DNA of 63,471 nt, filler included, from Folioceros fuciformis (Eukaryota), in assembly GCA_049999805.1 (NCBI GenBank). It is 14 parts of 14 records of this genome, joined end to end, with 100 filler letters (N's around TTAATTAATTAA, not from the genome) between each part and the next. Parts side by side here need not be neighbours in the genome. Positions count along the whole stretch, not along the records: positions 39,642 to 51,295 come from JBNGIO010003054.1; positions 51,396 to 55,267 come from JBNGIO010003055.1; positions 55,368 to 57,943 come from JBNGIO010003056.1; positions 58,044 to 59,991 come from JBNGIO010003057.1; 10 more parts are not named here. One strand, written 5' to 3'. Numbering within the stretch: the first letter of the stretch is position 1; each line of letters begins with the position of its first letter. The translations under genes and the position numbers were made by a program. Below the pieces are notes generated by a model. The model was given only the letters and a program-made list of their open reading frames with translations. It was not told the origin of the DNA and did not search any database. Of the stretch, positions 48,670 to 60,091 are shown piece by piece.

Positions 48670-48920
48670 TTATGTACCTTCTCCATGTAATTCCTTCAAG
48701 CTAAACTCTTCAGGGGTGAGCCTCATAAAATCTCTACTAGCAGTGAATGCCGTCGCCCATGCCTTACATCTGGAATCAGCAAGGAGGAGTCGTAGGCGGT
48801 ATTGCATTTGCCCATTCACTACAACCTTACATTTTTTACACCACCCTCTTGGCGAAATACCAATGAAACATTTCACGCATTCTCTATAGACATGTGAGCC
48901 TATGTACAGTGATGCACAAA
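48670..48920 (-). pseudogene. RPA70 C-terminal (zinc-ribbon OB fold)-like fragment
   Basis: YRECVKC...WCKKC...QYRLRLLLADSRCKAWATAF...FMRLTPEEF matches the RPA1 DBD-C pattern. Confidence 0.6.
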
Positions 48921-49324
48921 GGCACAAAGCTAAGCTGGTAGGCTCGTCCTCCTCCAACTGAGTGCACAAAGCTAAGCTGGTAGGCTCGTCCTCCTCCAAC
49001 TGAGCGACCACCGTGTTCAAGTCGAGCTTCAATGCTAACAAACAGGTTTTACTTAATGGTAGAGGGTACGAAGGAGTAGGTATCAGACATAATGATAGCA
49101 AGCCTAGGAGAGAGGTCTTGAGTGATTCCAATGACAAGTAGATATTTTCAACTCCATATAAGATAGATACTTTCAACTTTATACTAGAGTATTATCTTCT
49201 ATTATTGAAAAAGAAATGAAAAGTCCTATGTACTCCAAAGATAGGAGAGCAACCCGAGCCGGGCCAAAAGGGGTTCTAGCCTCCTTCAAACATCATTCTC
49301 AAAAACTACCTACCGCTCCCAAAA

Positions 49325-51295
49325 TGTTGTGATGTGATGTGGAATAACAAACGGTATTAAGAAATAATTATTTTCGGTTCATTAAACAGCCTTTACTAGC
49401 TTTAAACCTAGTTCGTAGATTGGTTAATTATTTATTATATTTATTAGGGTTATGAAACGGTTATGCATCTCTTGCTCATATGCACACACACTGATACGAA
49501 ACGTTATTCCTTAATCGATGTTTTCTTCTTGCTCTTCCCGTCGCACTCAGCGATGCACATCTGGTCTCGTTGATTTCGTTTATGGTATCAGAGCTCTATT
49601 TCTAATGTCTGGAAGCATCTAGTGAAATATATAACTGGGCACAAGATCCAGTGCTCATCATCCTGATGGCCACTGCATCCCGCGCCCACAATATGCCACA
49701 CTACCTGAAGACAAACATTATATCAACGGCTTCCTGGAAGAATCAATGGCTATTCTCTTCTACTCTAATAGAAGAGGCCTACCCTACTTGCAGCAGCGAC
49801 CACAACCTGGTCTGACGCCAGACACCTCTTCTCCTGCTGCATCAAGCCGAAAGGAGCGAAGTCAAGGACTTTGGAAATGACAAGAAGTCATAAATCGCAA
49901 ATCTGCAGATGCAATTTACCTCAGGCACCAATTTGTTGTTCAAAATGCTGTAGTCTCCATGTAGGGTGTGTCAGCACTCGTTTTTCCTGCACCTCCCGTC
50001 ATTCTGAACCACCTGTTTCATGCTCTCCGCACTTTTGTAAACAGCACGACTGCCAACCTCGCTTCACTAAGCATAAACACGATTTGCCGCCTATTTACAT
50101 TCAGCGATTGGAATCCACTCTCCACAAACTCAGGGTCTTAGAGAAAGATGTCCATAAACATCTCTGCAAATCCAAATAAGAGAACATCTCATTTAGGCAG
50201 CAATTAGGTCGGTTAGAAAAGCGAGTCCAACAATTGACAATTACATTGCAGGAATCCTCTCAAGAAACATATGCATATTCCCTTTCGACCCCACCTGTCT
50301 CAAGCGTAGATCCAGTGGTGTCCCTTGTTCATGATCTGCAACATGAGTCATCAAAAATGCAAAGGCCCTATACGCCACTGCCAGAACCAGCCATGCTTGG
50401 ATCCTGCACCCCAATTCCAGAACCCATAGAGTTCATACTTGAAGGTATTGCCTCCCACTTGCGCAATACCACTGCCGTCCAGTGAGATGGTGCATCTGCA
50501 ACCTGGTTCCTGCACCCAATCACCACGTTGCGTTAGGATCTAAACAACGCAATAAGAATGTCAATCAAAATCGAGTTCAAGGACAGGGACAGGTTCAATG
50601 GATCAGACTTTGCAGTCTGGCAGATGCGGATGATAGCAATTTTTGAAGAGCACGAGCTTATGAACATCGTAGATGGCTCACTTGGACTTCCTTCGTCCAA
50701 CCCAATACCACCTGCAGGACAACCTGTAGTCGATGTTATTTCAGCCTGGCATAAAAAGGACAAGAAAGCCAGAAATATCTTACTTTCAGCACTCGACAGA
50801 AATATGATTCAGCACACGCAGGGACAAACGACTGCGCATGATGTCTGGAAAGTTTTTCTTGATATGTTTGCGGCCAAGGACTCTATGTCTCTTATAAACT
50901 GTACACGTATGTTTTACTCACTTCGAATGAAAGAAACTGAAACAGTGGAACATCATCTCCACCGTTTTCGTACCTTGCGGGCTCGTTTGGCTGCAGCAGG
51001 AGAAATCTTGACCGAGTTGAAGGCAGCTACTGTTCTGTTGACGTCCTTACCACCAAGTTTCAAGACGTTTATTAGTTCACAATCAACCTTGTTAAGACAA
51101 CTGGGTTCATCTGTAACTCTGTCAGAGGTCATCGGAGCCCTACTGGAAGAGGAATCCAGTAGGATTGATACTGATAGACCGTCTACATCAAATCAACAGC
51201 ATGTGTTATATACCTCTCGCAATTGAGGGAGAGGTAAAGGACGAGGATAGAATTTTGCTCCTCGACGTCCATATCTAGGACACCAAAACACTTAT
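49325..51295 (+). mobile_element. Copia lineage B 5' end: LTR ~49325-49582, PBS 49583-49594, upstream coding region, gag
   Basis: PBS TGGTATCAGAGC. Gag at 50558 (KIEFKDRDRFNGSDF) is closely similar to the Gag at 9023. Confidence 0.88.
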
Positions 51296-52279
51296 NNNNN
51301 NNNNNNNNNNNNNNNNNNNNNNNNNNNNNNNNNNNNNNNTTAATTAATTAANNNNNNNNNNNNNNNNNNNNNNNNNNNNNNNNNNNNNNNNNNNNGTTGC
51401 TTGGTTGGTGAGCGCAGTGGCTTGATGAAGGTCATTACGAGTATGAGTATAGGTCTGTGAAAGGAGAGGGTTGGTCGGTGAACGTTCCTGAGGTGAAACG
51501 ATATCCCTGAAATCTTGCTGGCTATAGCCAGACTTTGAATGGCCATACAAGTCGCAGCGGCTTCGTTTAAGGCTCGCATCCAGAACTGCCCTAAGAGCAG
51601 GAGGATGGCTATTAAGGAGATGCATTATATACAAGCAAGCACCTGTGTGCGCCTAGCTACAGGAAGTTATGTACTAAAGAAAATGTGCGTGTTTGTCGTT
51701 TGTCGACCAGTGACGTCAGTGTCATGTGTACCAAAGCGGAGCCGTGCCGTGAAATACAAGGCTTGAGCTTGTCATGTTTGGATGCAACTGAGATACGCAC
51801 CTGGGAACCAGTCGACTGCGTGCGCAGTATTCTGCAAGAAGAGCAAAGCTCAAGGTGCAAGGGAGGGCGATGTAGGAGCACATTCTCTGCGATCTCTTCT
51901 GCGCTCCGTTCCGCTCCACCAGGAAATGGAATGCCACCTCAGCGGTGGAGACAACAACTTGCTTTCCCTGATGTAGGACGGGGATGGATGGACTTCACCA
52001 CGCGCATACAACCTAAAAGCAAAAGCAATAGCAGTGCTGTCTGTCGTCCACCACACTTAAGCACTGCCCACTGCTTGTTTGTTTCTCACGGTCGACTCTT
52101 ACAACTGCAACTACCAGCTTCCAATGGATGCAAACGGTACCCATTCCTTACAACATTGTCTCTGGTCGACCCTCGACATGATCTCCGTGGAATTGTGGCA
52201 GTACCTGTGCACGCGTGAATTGTTGGTTGTCTCCCTAGGAGTATTGAGAAGACCAAACGCCTAGAGCTAGCATCTCTAG

Positions 52280-54356
52280 CATGACAAGCCCATCACATTA
52301 CTGTGTGGTCCTCACATGACAACAGCATCTTCTCGGCCTCATCTCAATGGCGTGCGCGACCAAGAAGATCAATCATGCAATTTGCAATGCTCAAGAGTGT
52401 CCTTGATGCCATTCTGTTCAGCCATGGAATCAAAGTGCTTGCGACCCGTTCATCACGCTAGTGCTCAACACTACGTTATCCAGCGGTCCGCTGTCAACCA
52501 TCTGTGAGCGTGGTGGCTGCATGCCCCTCTATAAAGCACCAGTGGTTGCACAGGCCTTCAGAAGGCAAGCAAAAGTAACATCAGCAGCCAAAATGAGGCC
52601 GGCCTCCTCCACTCATCCATACAAGCGCCTCATGACCTATTCCTTGCTGTGCATGCCCAGGAATCAGGGCATTCCATGTCACTACATTCTTTGTGGCCAA
52701 GCTGTCGAGTACCTGCCGTGCATCCCCGAGGTCTCCACATTTTGCATACATGTCCACCAAGCATTGGCCCACTACTGCGTCATCCACGATTCCTCTTTCC
52801 ACAACCTGCGTCTGCACCTGCACTTGCCTGCCCTTCTGTAGGTCACCAGCGCTTCCACAGCCCTTCAGAAGGCAGGCAGGAGTAAGAGGTCCATGTTACC
52901 ACATCCTTCGTGGTCAAGCTGTAGAAAGCATGACGTGCGTCTTTCAGTTCACAACACTTTGCATACATGTCAACGATGGCATTGCCCAACACTGCGTCAT
53001 CCAGCAGTCCTCTTCGGAGAATCTGTAAGTGCAGCTGCCTGCCCTTCTGTAAGGCACCAGTGCTCCCACAGGCTTTCAGAACACAAGTAGAAGTAACAGA
53101 GTCAAACAAAAACAGGCCCTCCTGCTCCCTTTGTCCATACGGAACAAGGACCTCATGTCCCAGTCGTTGCTGGACATACCCAGTTAGCAGGGCTTTCCTT
53201 GTCACCACATTCTTCGTGACCATGCTGTCAAAAACCTGGCGTGCATCTTTTATGAAGTTCACCACATTTTGCACATCCAGATATCAGAGCATTTTTTGTC
53301 ACTTCATCCTTCGTGGCCATGCTGTCAACAACCTGCCGTTCCTCTCCCAGTTCGCCACATTTTGCGTACATGCCCACCAGGCAGTTGCCAACAAACAAGT
53401 CAGCAGGAATGCCACTGTGCAGCACATCACTGTGCACTTTTCTGCTAGAATCCAAGTCGCCGGCAAATGCACAAGCTTGAAGGGAAGATACGAAGACGTG
53501 AGCAACCGTTACGGCCTTCAGTCTTGACCTATGCATCTCATAGTACAATTGTATGGCCTCCTTAGGTTTCCCACGCTGAGCATGTGCAGAGACTATGGAA
53601 CACTACATGAAGAGATCTGGTTTGCCCAACCTGGTGACCACATCCATGGCCTCCTGCAGACTACCTCGACATGCATACATGCGCAAAATATGGTTCCCCA
53701 AGTACTCATCCGACTCGTATCCAAGTTTGATAGAGAGGTCATGAACTCTTCGCCCCACAACCAAGTCCTTCTTAGCTGTACACATAACAAAAGTCTCTTT
53801 CCGCCCGAGATTCCAGGGCTTTAACAGCCTCGGAAATTTTACTCTGCTGACACAACGCCATCGCCGTTACAACCTTTACGACGCCCACTTGTTATCCTGC
53901 ACTCGTGCCAGGTTCAAGATTATCCGGAGAGCCCGACTTGGAAGGAGGGACACCATGGCCCATCTGAAAATCCAAAGAAACGAGCTGCTCATTCACCCAA
54001 CCTGGCTTAATCATGCTATTTAGCCACACGACTTCGCCAGACCCCTTACGACGGACATCAGGAGAACTCGAGCACCTCTCTTCTCGTATGTTGTCCCACC
54101 ACATCGTAGGATTCTGAAAAAATTCATGCCACATGTGGTCCAGCCCCTTGCGACGACCATCGTTGGAGAATCCGTCCCCACTCAGACATTGTTTCGGAAG
54201 TGGAAGTGCTGGGATCCTTAAACTGCTGTGCCTGGAGGATTTGTTGGCCAGGTGCCAACTCCCTGAGACTAGGTGAGAGGGAACTCCTCGTAGAATCCCT
54301 GTACACACTCTAATTTCGTGGGTGCACAACGGATCTGGCTGCCATACAGTGGACAT
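52280..54356 (-). pseudogene. PDF-motif plus PLS-class PPR pseudogene, paralog of 55368-57192
   Basis: Homologous presequence and WHEFFQNPTMWWDN...PD..RKGSGEVVWLN..KPGWVNEQL (53982-54134). P/L/S motifs are broken by frameshifts and stops, with L2/S2 remnants near 52300-52450. Confidence 0.88.
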
Positions 54357-54910
54357 AATTCCGAGACGCTATGGGAAGATGAGTCTAATACAAACAGGCC
54401 ACGGAAGGATCCCATGGTACTTTGCTTGTCATCCACACCATACGAGCTGCCTCCGATGATCCCGAACTTGGAGAACTTGATTGAAGCAACACTGTATATC
54501 CGGACTGCCTGCTAAGCACTTCGATGCAAGCAAGCAGATTATCTGAGGACTGTGTCCCGTAACATGCATGCTATGGCCGCAGATGAAAGCTATGTAGTAA
54601 ACCCTTAATGAAAAGAATATAGTTTTTCTACCACAGAGACTGCTCCACAGCGGCAGGTCTTCATCACAAGCTTTTTGTTTCGTTCTCCATGCTAGGCGCT
54701 GCTTGCCGAGTCCCGCAACTGAATGCGAAAACGGGAGGAGAGAATAGCAGTGTCACTGCGACCGAGCCGCTTGTTGGCCGCAGGGGTCAAAGGATCCTGC
54801 GCACCACGTTTCAGAAGTAGCAGGCTAACAAAAACGAGCGACTAAGCGGACGAGTACGCAGGAATCTGCAGACGCTGCTGTTTGTGACGGGACGATCGCC
54901 TTGGAGCGGG

Positions 54911-55267
54911 ATGTTCAACAAGAAGGAGATTTTGAAGTTGGCCAAGGGCTTCAGAGGAAGGTCCAAAAATTGTATCCGGGCGGCGAGGGATCGTGTGGAG
55001 AAAGCGCTGCAGTATGCCTACAGAGATCGGCGCAACAAGAAGAGGGACATGAGAGGTTTGTGGATTCAGCGGATCAATGCCGGGAGTCGACAGTACGGGG
55101 TAAGGCTGCTGGCTTGTAGAGCTGGGAAATCGTGTTGCTGAAATACCTTGGCCGTAACTTGGCGTGTGCCTTTCAATTTGCTCCAGGTGAACTATGGGCA
55201 GCTCATGTGCGGCTTGAACAAGGAGAACATTCAGCTTAACAGGAAGGTTCTTTCTGAGCTTGCTATG
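54911..55267 (+). CDS. rpl20: Nuclear-encoded mitochondrial ribosomal protein L20 (partial); exon 54911-55099, intron 55100-55186, exon 55187 to gap
   Basis: [21 protein letters not shown]...[25 protein letters not shown] splices (GT..AG, phase 0) to [27 protein letters not shown]. Confidence 0.92.
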
Positions 55268-55367
55268 NNNNNNNNNNNNNNNNNNNNNNNNNNNNNNNNN
55301 NNNNNNNNNNNTTAATTAATTAANNNNNNNNNNNNNNNNNNNNNNNNNNNNNNNNNNNNNNNNNNNN

Positions 55368-57192
55368 GCACATATGCAGGCGCCTGCTGAGGATCCAGCC
55401 TAACAATCCTTTCAAAACACCACATTCCCCTCGCTATATCACCATGGATTTTACAAGCGTTCAGCAACGAGACATATCCAACGACGTCACTTTGGCCGTC
55501 ACAGGACAAAAGCATCTTTTGTGCCTCATCTAAAAGACCCGCGCGCCCAAGAAGATCAACCATACAATTGCGATGTTCAATTGAAGGTCTGATGCCATGC
55601 TGTTCAGTCATGGAATGAAAGTGCTTGCGGCCCTCATCCACCAGTCCCTCATGACTGCATGCCACTAGAACGCAAGCAAAAGTAGCACCATCAGGCTGAA
55701 TACCCGCAGCTAACATCTCTTTAAAACAGGCTAGTGCCTTGTGACCTTCATCACAATTACCATACCCGGATATCAGGGCATTCCAGGTCACCACATCCTT
55801 TGTGGCCATGCTGTCAAAAACCTGGCGTGCATCTTTCACCTCACCACATTTTGCATACATGTCCACCAGGGAGGTGCACAACACTACGTTATCGAGCATT
55901 GCTTTTTTGACAAGAAGTGAGTGCAGCCGTCTACCTTTTTGTAAAGCACCAGTGCTTCCACAGGCATTCAGAAGACAAACATAAGTAACATGGTTAGCCA
56001 AGAGCAGGCCCTCCTGCTCCATTTGTGCATACACACCAAGAGCCTCATGTCCAAGACCTTGCTGGGAATACCCAGCTATAAGGGCGTTCCATGTCGCCAC
56101 GTTCTTTACTGGCATGCTGTCAAAAACCTTGCTTGCACCTTTCAGTTCACCGCATTTTGCATACATGTCCACAAGGCAGGTGCTAACAAACAAGTCAGGA
56201 GGAATGCCACTGTGCAACACATCACAGTGCACCTTTCTCCCAGATTCCAAGTCGCCCGCAAATGCACAAGCTTGAAGGACAGCCACAAAGACGTGAGCAT
56301 CGGCCTTCACTCCTGACCTACGCATCTCATGGTACAGTTGTATGGCCACCTCAGGTTTCCCATGCTTGGCATACGCAGAGATTATGGAAGACCACATGAA
56401 GGCATCTGGTTTGCTCACCCTGGTCAGCACGTCCATGGCCTCTTCTAGCCTACCTCCACATGCATACATGCGCAAGAGATGGTTCCCCAGGTATGCGTTC
56501 GACTCGTACCGAAGTTTGACACAGAGATCATGAACTCGTAGCCCCAAAACCAAATCCTTCTTAGCTGCACACAGTTTCAGCACAGTTCCAAACAGGGACA
56601 CAGAAATAGGAGAGTGTGTCTGCGCCAGATATTCCAGGGCTCCAACGGCCTCAGAAAGCTTCCCCTGCTGGCACAACGTGCTCACGGTCACAGTCGTTAC
56701 GGCTCGGCTTTCCGATCCTGCACACCTGCCAGATTCAGCCCTGTACGAAGCGCTGGACCCGGAAGAAGAGGCACCGTGAGCCCCCCTTTGCATATCCAAG
56801 GAAACGAGCTGCTCATCAACCCAAGCTGGCTTGAACGCGTCGTTCAACCATAGCACCTCCCCGGACCCCTTACGCTGAAAGTCAGGGGAACCGGAACTCC
56901 TCTTATCTTGTCTGTTGTCCCACCATAAGGTAGGGTCCAGAAAAAACTGTTGCCACAAGTACTGCTGCTCTTGCTCTTGCCCCTGCCTCTGACGACAACC
57001 ATGGCTGGATAACCCGTCCACACCCACACAATTCCTCGAAAGTGGAAGCGCTTGGCTCCTGACACTGCTGCACCTGAACGCTTGCTTGAATGCCGGGGAA
57101 TGACTCCCTAGGGTGCCGTGAAAAGGAATTCCTCGTAATATCCTTAAGGTGCACTCACAAATTTGTTGGGTCCCCAATAATCGTCGCCGCAT
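55368..57192 (-). CDS. Organelle-targeted PLS-E class PPR protein with N-terminal OSB-type PDF motif (3' end lost in gap)
   Basis: Intronless open frame with an R/S-rich presequence from ATG 57192 and a PDF motif at ~56806-56958. It continues L-S-P-L-S-P-L-S-P2-L2-S2-E1 and the start of E2. Confidence 0.9.
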
Positions 57193-58043
57193 CGCCGTAG
57201 AATGAGAACAAATCTTGTCCCGAGTCTGTCCCGAGTCTGTCCCGAGTCTGTCCCGAATCGAGTCTCGTACTCGTACATCTGGCGTGGAACACGAACCAGA
57301 ACGGCGAACGCATACAGCATCCGCCAAAGGGATGCGGAGTGTGAAGCTCTGAACATGGGCGTGGTGTTGCTTCACAACAAGTAACACCCCCTTACAACGG
57401 GGGTGGGGCAGAACCAGAAGCCAAAACAAGGGTCAGGTTTAAACACCGGACGCAGCACTAGGCCTCCAAGTAGCCCGCCCTCCTCTTCTAGGAGGACTCG
57501 CAGCCAGCACCCTTGCTGCTGCTGCTCTTTATTTAAAATCACGAGTCAACAAGAACATACAGAGCTAGAGGGTTAGAGAGAACTCCCCATCTTTGCCTAA
57601 GCTAGGAGTTTAGCTCTCCCTCCTCTTGGCCTCCTCCCACAGCTCCTTCACAGCACCTTTCATGTGCTCTCACAGCCCAAGCAACACATGCTCTCAAGGC
57701 ATAGCCCAAGCACCCAGTGCTCTCAAGGCTTTGAGGAGATACTCATCTCAACTCCACTGAACTTCCCTTAGCCCTTGGCTAGGTCCCCTTTTTATACACA
57801 AGCTCAAGTCACTAACTTAGCAACTACTTACTTAAGCACTTACTTAAGCCTTAAGCTATTATTCGCTACCACACACTTTTTCCTAGGGCTGCATGCTTCT
57901 CATGCTTTTAGTAACCTGCTCTCTACTAAACATGCCTTTGCATNNNNNNNNNNNNNNNNNNNNNNNNNNNNNNNNNNNNNNNNNNNNTTAATTAATTAAN
58001 NNNNNNNNNNNNNNNNNNNNNNNNNNNNNNNNNNNNNNNNNNN

Positions 58044-58713
58044 GGTCAGATTGTTTATGCTCATCTTGTAGCGGATAGGGTTTGCAGCATCTGCAGATTC
58101 CAGATGATTGTGATGTATAATTTGATGATTTTGTCTGAATCTACAGGCCTGATTTAGCAGATGGATACACCTCCATTTGATTAACGCCGTAAGATTCAAG
58201 AAAAGTCTTCAAGAACCTGGTTCTCTCCTATTGCTAAGCCGAAGATAGAACGTTATTGAAATATAATCTTTCAAATTGTGCCCCAAAATCATGTAATTCA
58301 AAAATAAGGACCTGCTGCGCTTTTCCCTGTTTATGGGCAGATGGCCAATTCTGCCTACAGATGCCTTTTCTCGGCATCATGCATCCGCTACAAAAATCCG
58401 TGTCTATTCTGCATTTTGTAAAAATGAATATAATCCATTTTTCAAGAACTTCAATTGTATGAAGTTCTGAATCAAAAATGAAAACAGAAAGACACAGATA
58501 AGAGATGGCTCTGATACCATGTTCACATATTAAAATCTATTCTACACCCACATCCAGGAAGAATAGAATTGAAAAAGAAAGGATAGTATCTAGGTCTTAC
58601 CCGAGTCTCTAAATAGCACAGGTAGTTATAACTGTCAACTTAACCTAACTACCTAAGGTTCTAACCCTAAGCACAGTAGCAATGTAAGTTAACCACTAAT
58701 TAACTACTCAACA
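58044..58713 (-). mobile_element. 5' end of an LTR element: 194-bp LTR (58520-58713), PBS 58508-58519
   Basis: TG...CA ends with an adjacent iMet PBS. It abuts the family A RT mid-motif. Confidence 0.8.
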
Positions 58714-59836
58714 GTTCGGTTGCCTAGGGGCAAGAAGGCGCTGCCCTGCAAATGGGTGTATAAGATGAAGGACATACCCCATTATGGCAAACCCAAGTAC
58801 AAGGCACGATTGGTTGCTAAGGGTTTTAAGCACCAGCAAGGTATTCACTTTGATGAGATTTTCTCACCAATTGTCAAAATGACCACCTTGCGATGTGTTC
58901 TTGGTCTGGTTGCGAGGCACGACATATAACTTGTTTAGATGGATGTGAAGTCGGCATTTTTGCATGGTGATCTCCAAGAAGAGGTATACATGCAGCAACC
59001 AGAGGGTTTCATTGAGAAGGGCAAAGAGAATCTGGTGTGCAGGTTAATGAAGAGACTTTATGGTTTGAAGCAGGCACCCAGAGAGTGGTATTTCAAGTTC
59101 CACTCATTTATGCTTTCTCAAGGCTACAAACGTAGTGAGGAGGATCATTGCCTCTATACAAAGCAAGCTAAGGACGAAAGCTTGCTCATTCTGGTCCTCT
59201 ATGTGGATGATATGCTAATTGCTGGGACTAACAGTGATGAGATTTCAGCCTTGAAGTCAAAGTTGAATGCTCGCTTTGATATGATAGACTTGGGAGAGGC
59301 AAGCCATATTTCTTGGCATGCGTATTCGTCGAGACAGACAGAAGCATTTGTTTTACTTGTCTCAGACTGAGTACATTAACAAGGTGCTTCAACGTTTCCA
59401 TATGGAGAAGGGGAAGGTATTGAGTACTCCGTTGCCTCCATATGTGAAACTGTCGAGCAAGGATTGCCCAAGTTCTGCGGAGGACAAAGCTGAAATGGAG
59501 AAGGTTCCATACTCATCAGCTGTAGGGAGTTTGATGTCTGCAATGATTGCTACACGTCCTGACATTGTCTTTGCAGACGGAGTGGTGAGCAGGTTTATGT
59601 CAAACCTTGGCAGGAAGCATTGGGAGGCAGTGAAAGGAGTTATGAGGTACTTGAATGGTACGAAAGCTTTGTGCTTATGTTTTGGTAGTGAAGATGCATC
59701 TGTAGTGGGATATACGGATGCTGATTATGTAGGGGATATGGACAAAAGGAGGTCCACATCAAGTTATGTCTTCATGCGCACTGGAGGGGCAGTCTCATGC
59801 CGATCGCATCTGCAATCGTGCATAACGCTATCTACC
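58714..59836 (+). mobile_element. Copia family A RT-RNase H, second copy
   Basis: Near-colinear nucleotide match to ~5943-7063. Confidence 0.93.
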
Positions 59837-59991
59837 TGTGAACCTCCAAAGTTTGGGGTAGTAGTTTGTTTTGGTTGAAAAAGGGTTAATAGTGGTATGG
59901 TTTGGTTTTCTTTTTCAACTTATTTTCCCTAATTTTCCTTGATTTTCTGGTCATTTTTCCTATTTTTCTTTGTGTTGATTAGGTTAATTGA
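59837..59991. mobile_element. Probable LTR edge inserted into RNase H
   Basis: Homology to family A stops at ITLST and a new sequence starts with TG. Confidence 0.5.
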
Positions 59992-60091
59992 NNNNNNNNN
60001 NNNNNNNNNNNNNNNNNNNNNNNNNNNNNNNNNNNTTAATTAATTAANNNNNNNNNNNNNNNNNNNNNNNNNNNNNNNNNNNNNNNNNNNN

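Noticed and set aside
51396-52280. DYW deaminase domain downstream of the PPR pseudogene
   Set aside because: I could not find HxE(x)nCxxC or a DYW-like terminus in the minus-strand frames.
54884-55267. Organellar DNA insertion carrying rpl20
   Set aside because: It has a GT-AG spliceosomal intron and no neighbouring organellar genes, so it is a nuclear gene.
57193-57429. N-terminal 79 aa of the 705-aa PPR ORF
   Set aside because: It starts at a non-ATG codon, contains an 11-bp tandem repeat, and homology to the paralog begins near ATG 57192.
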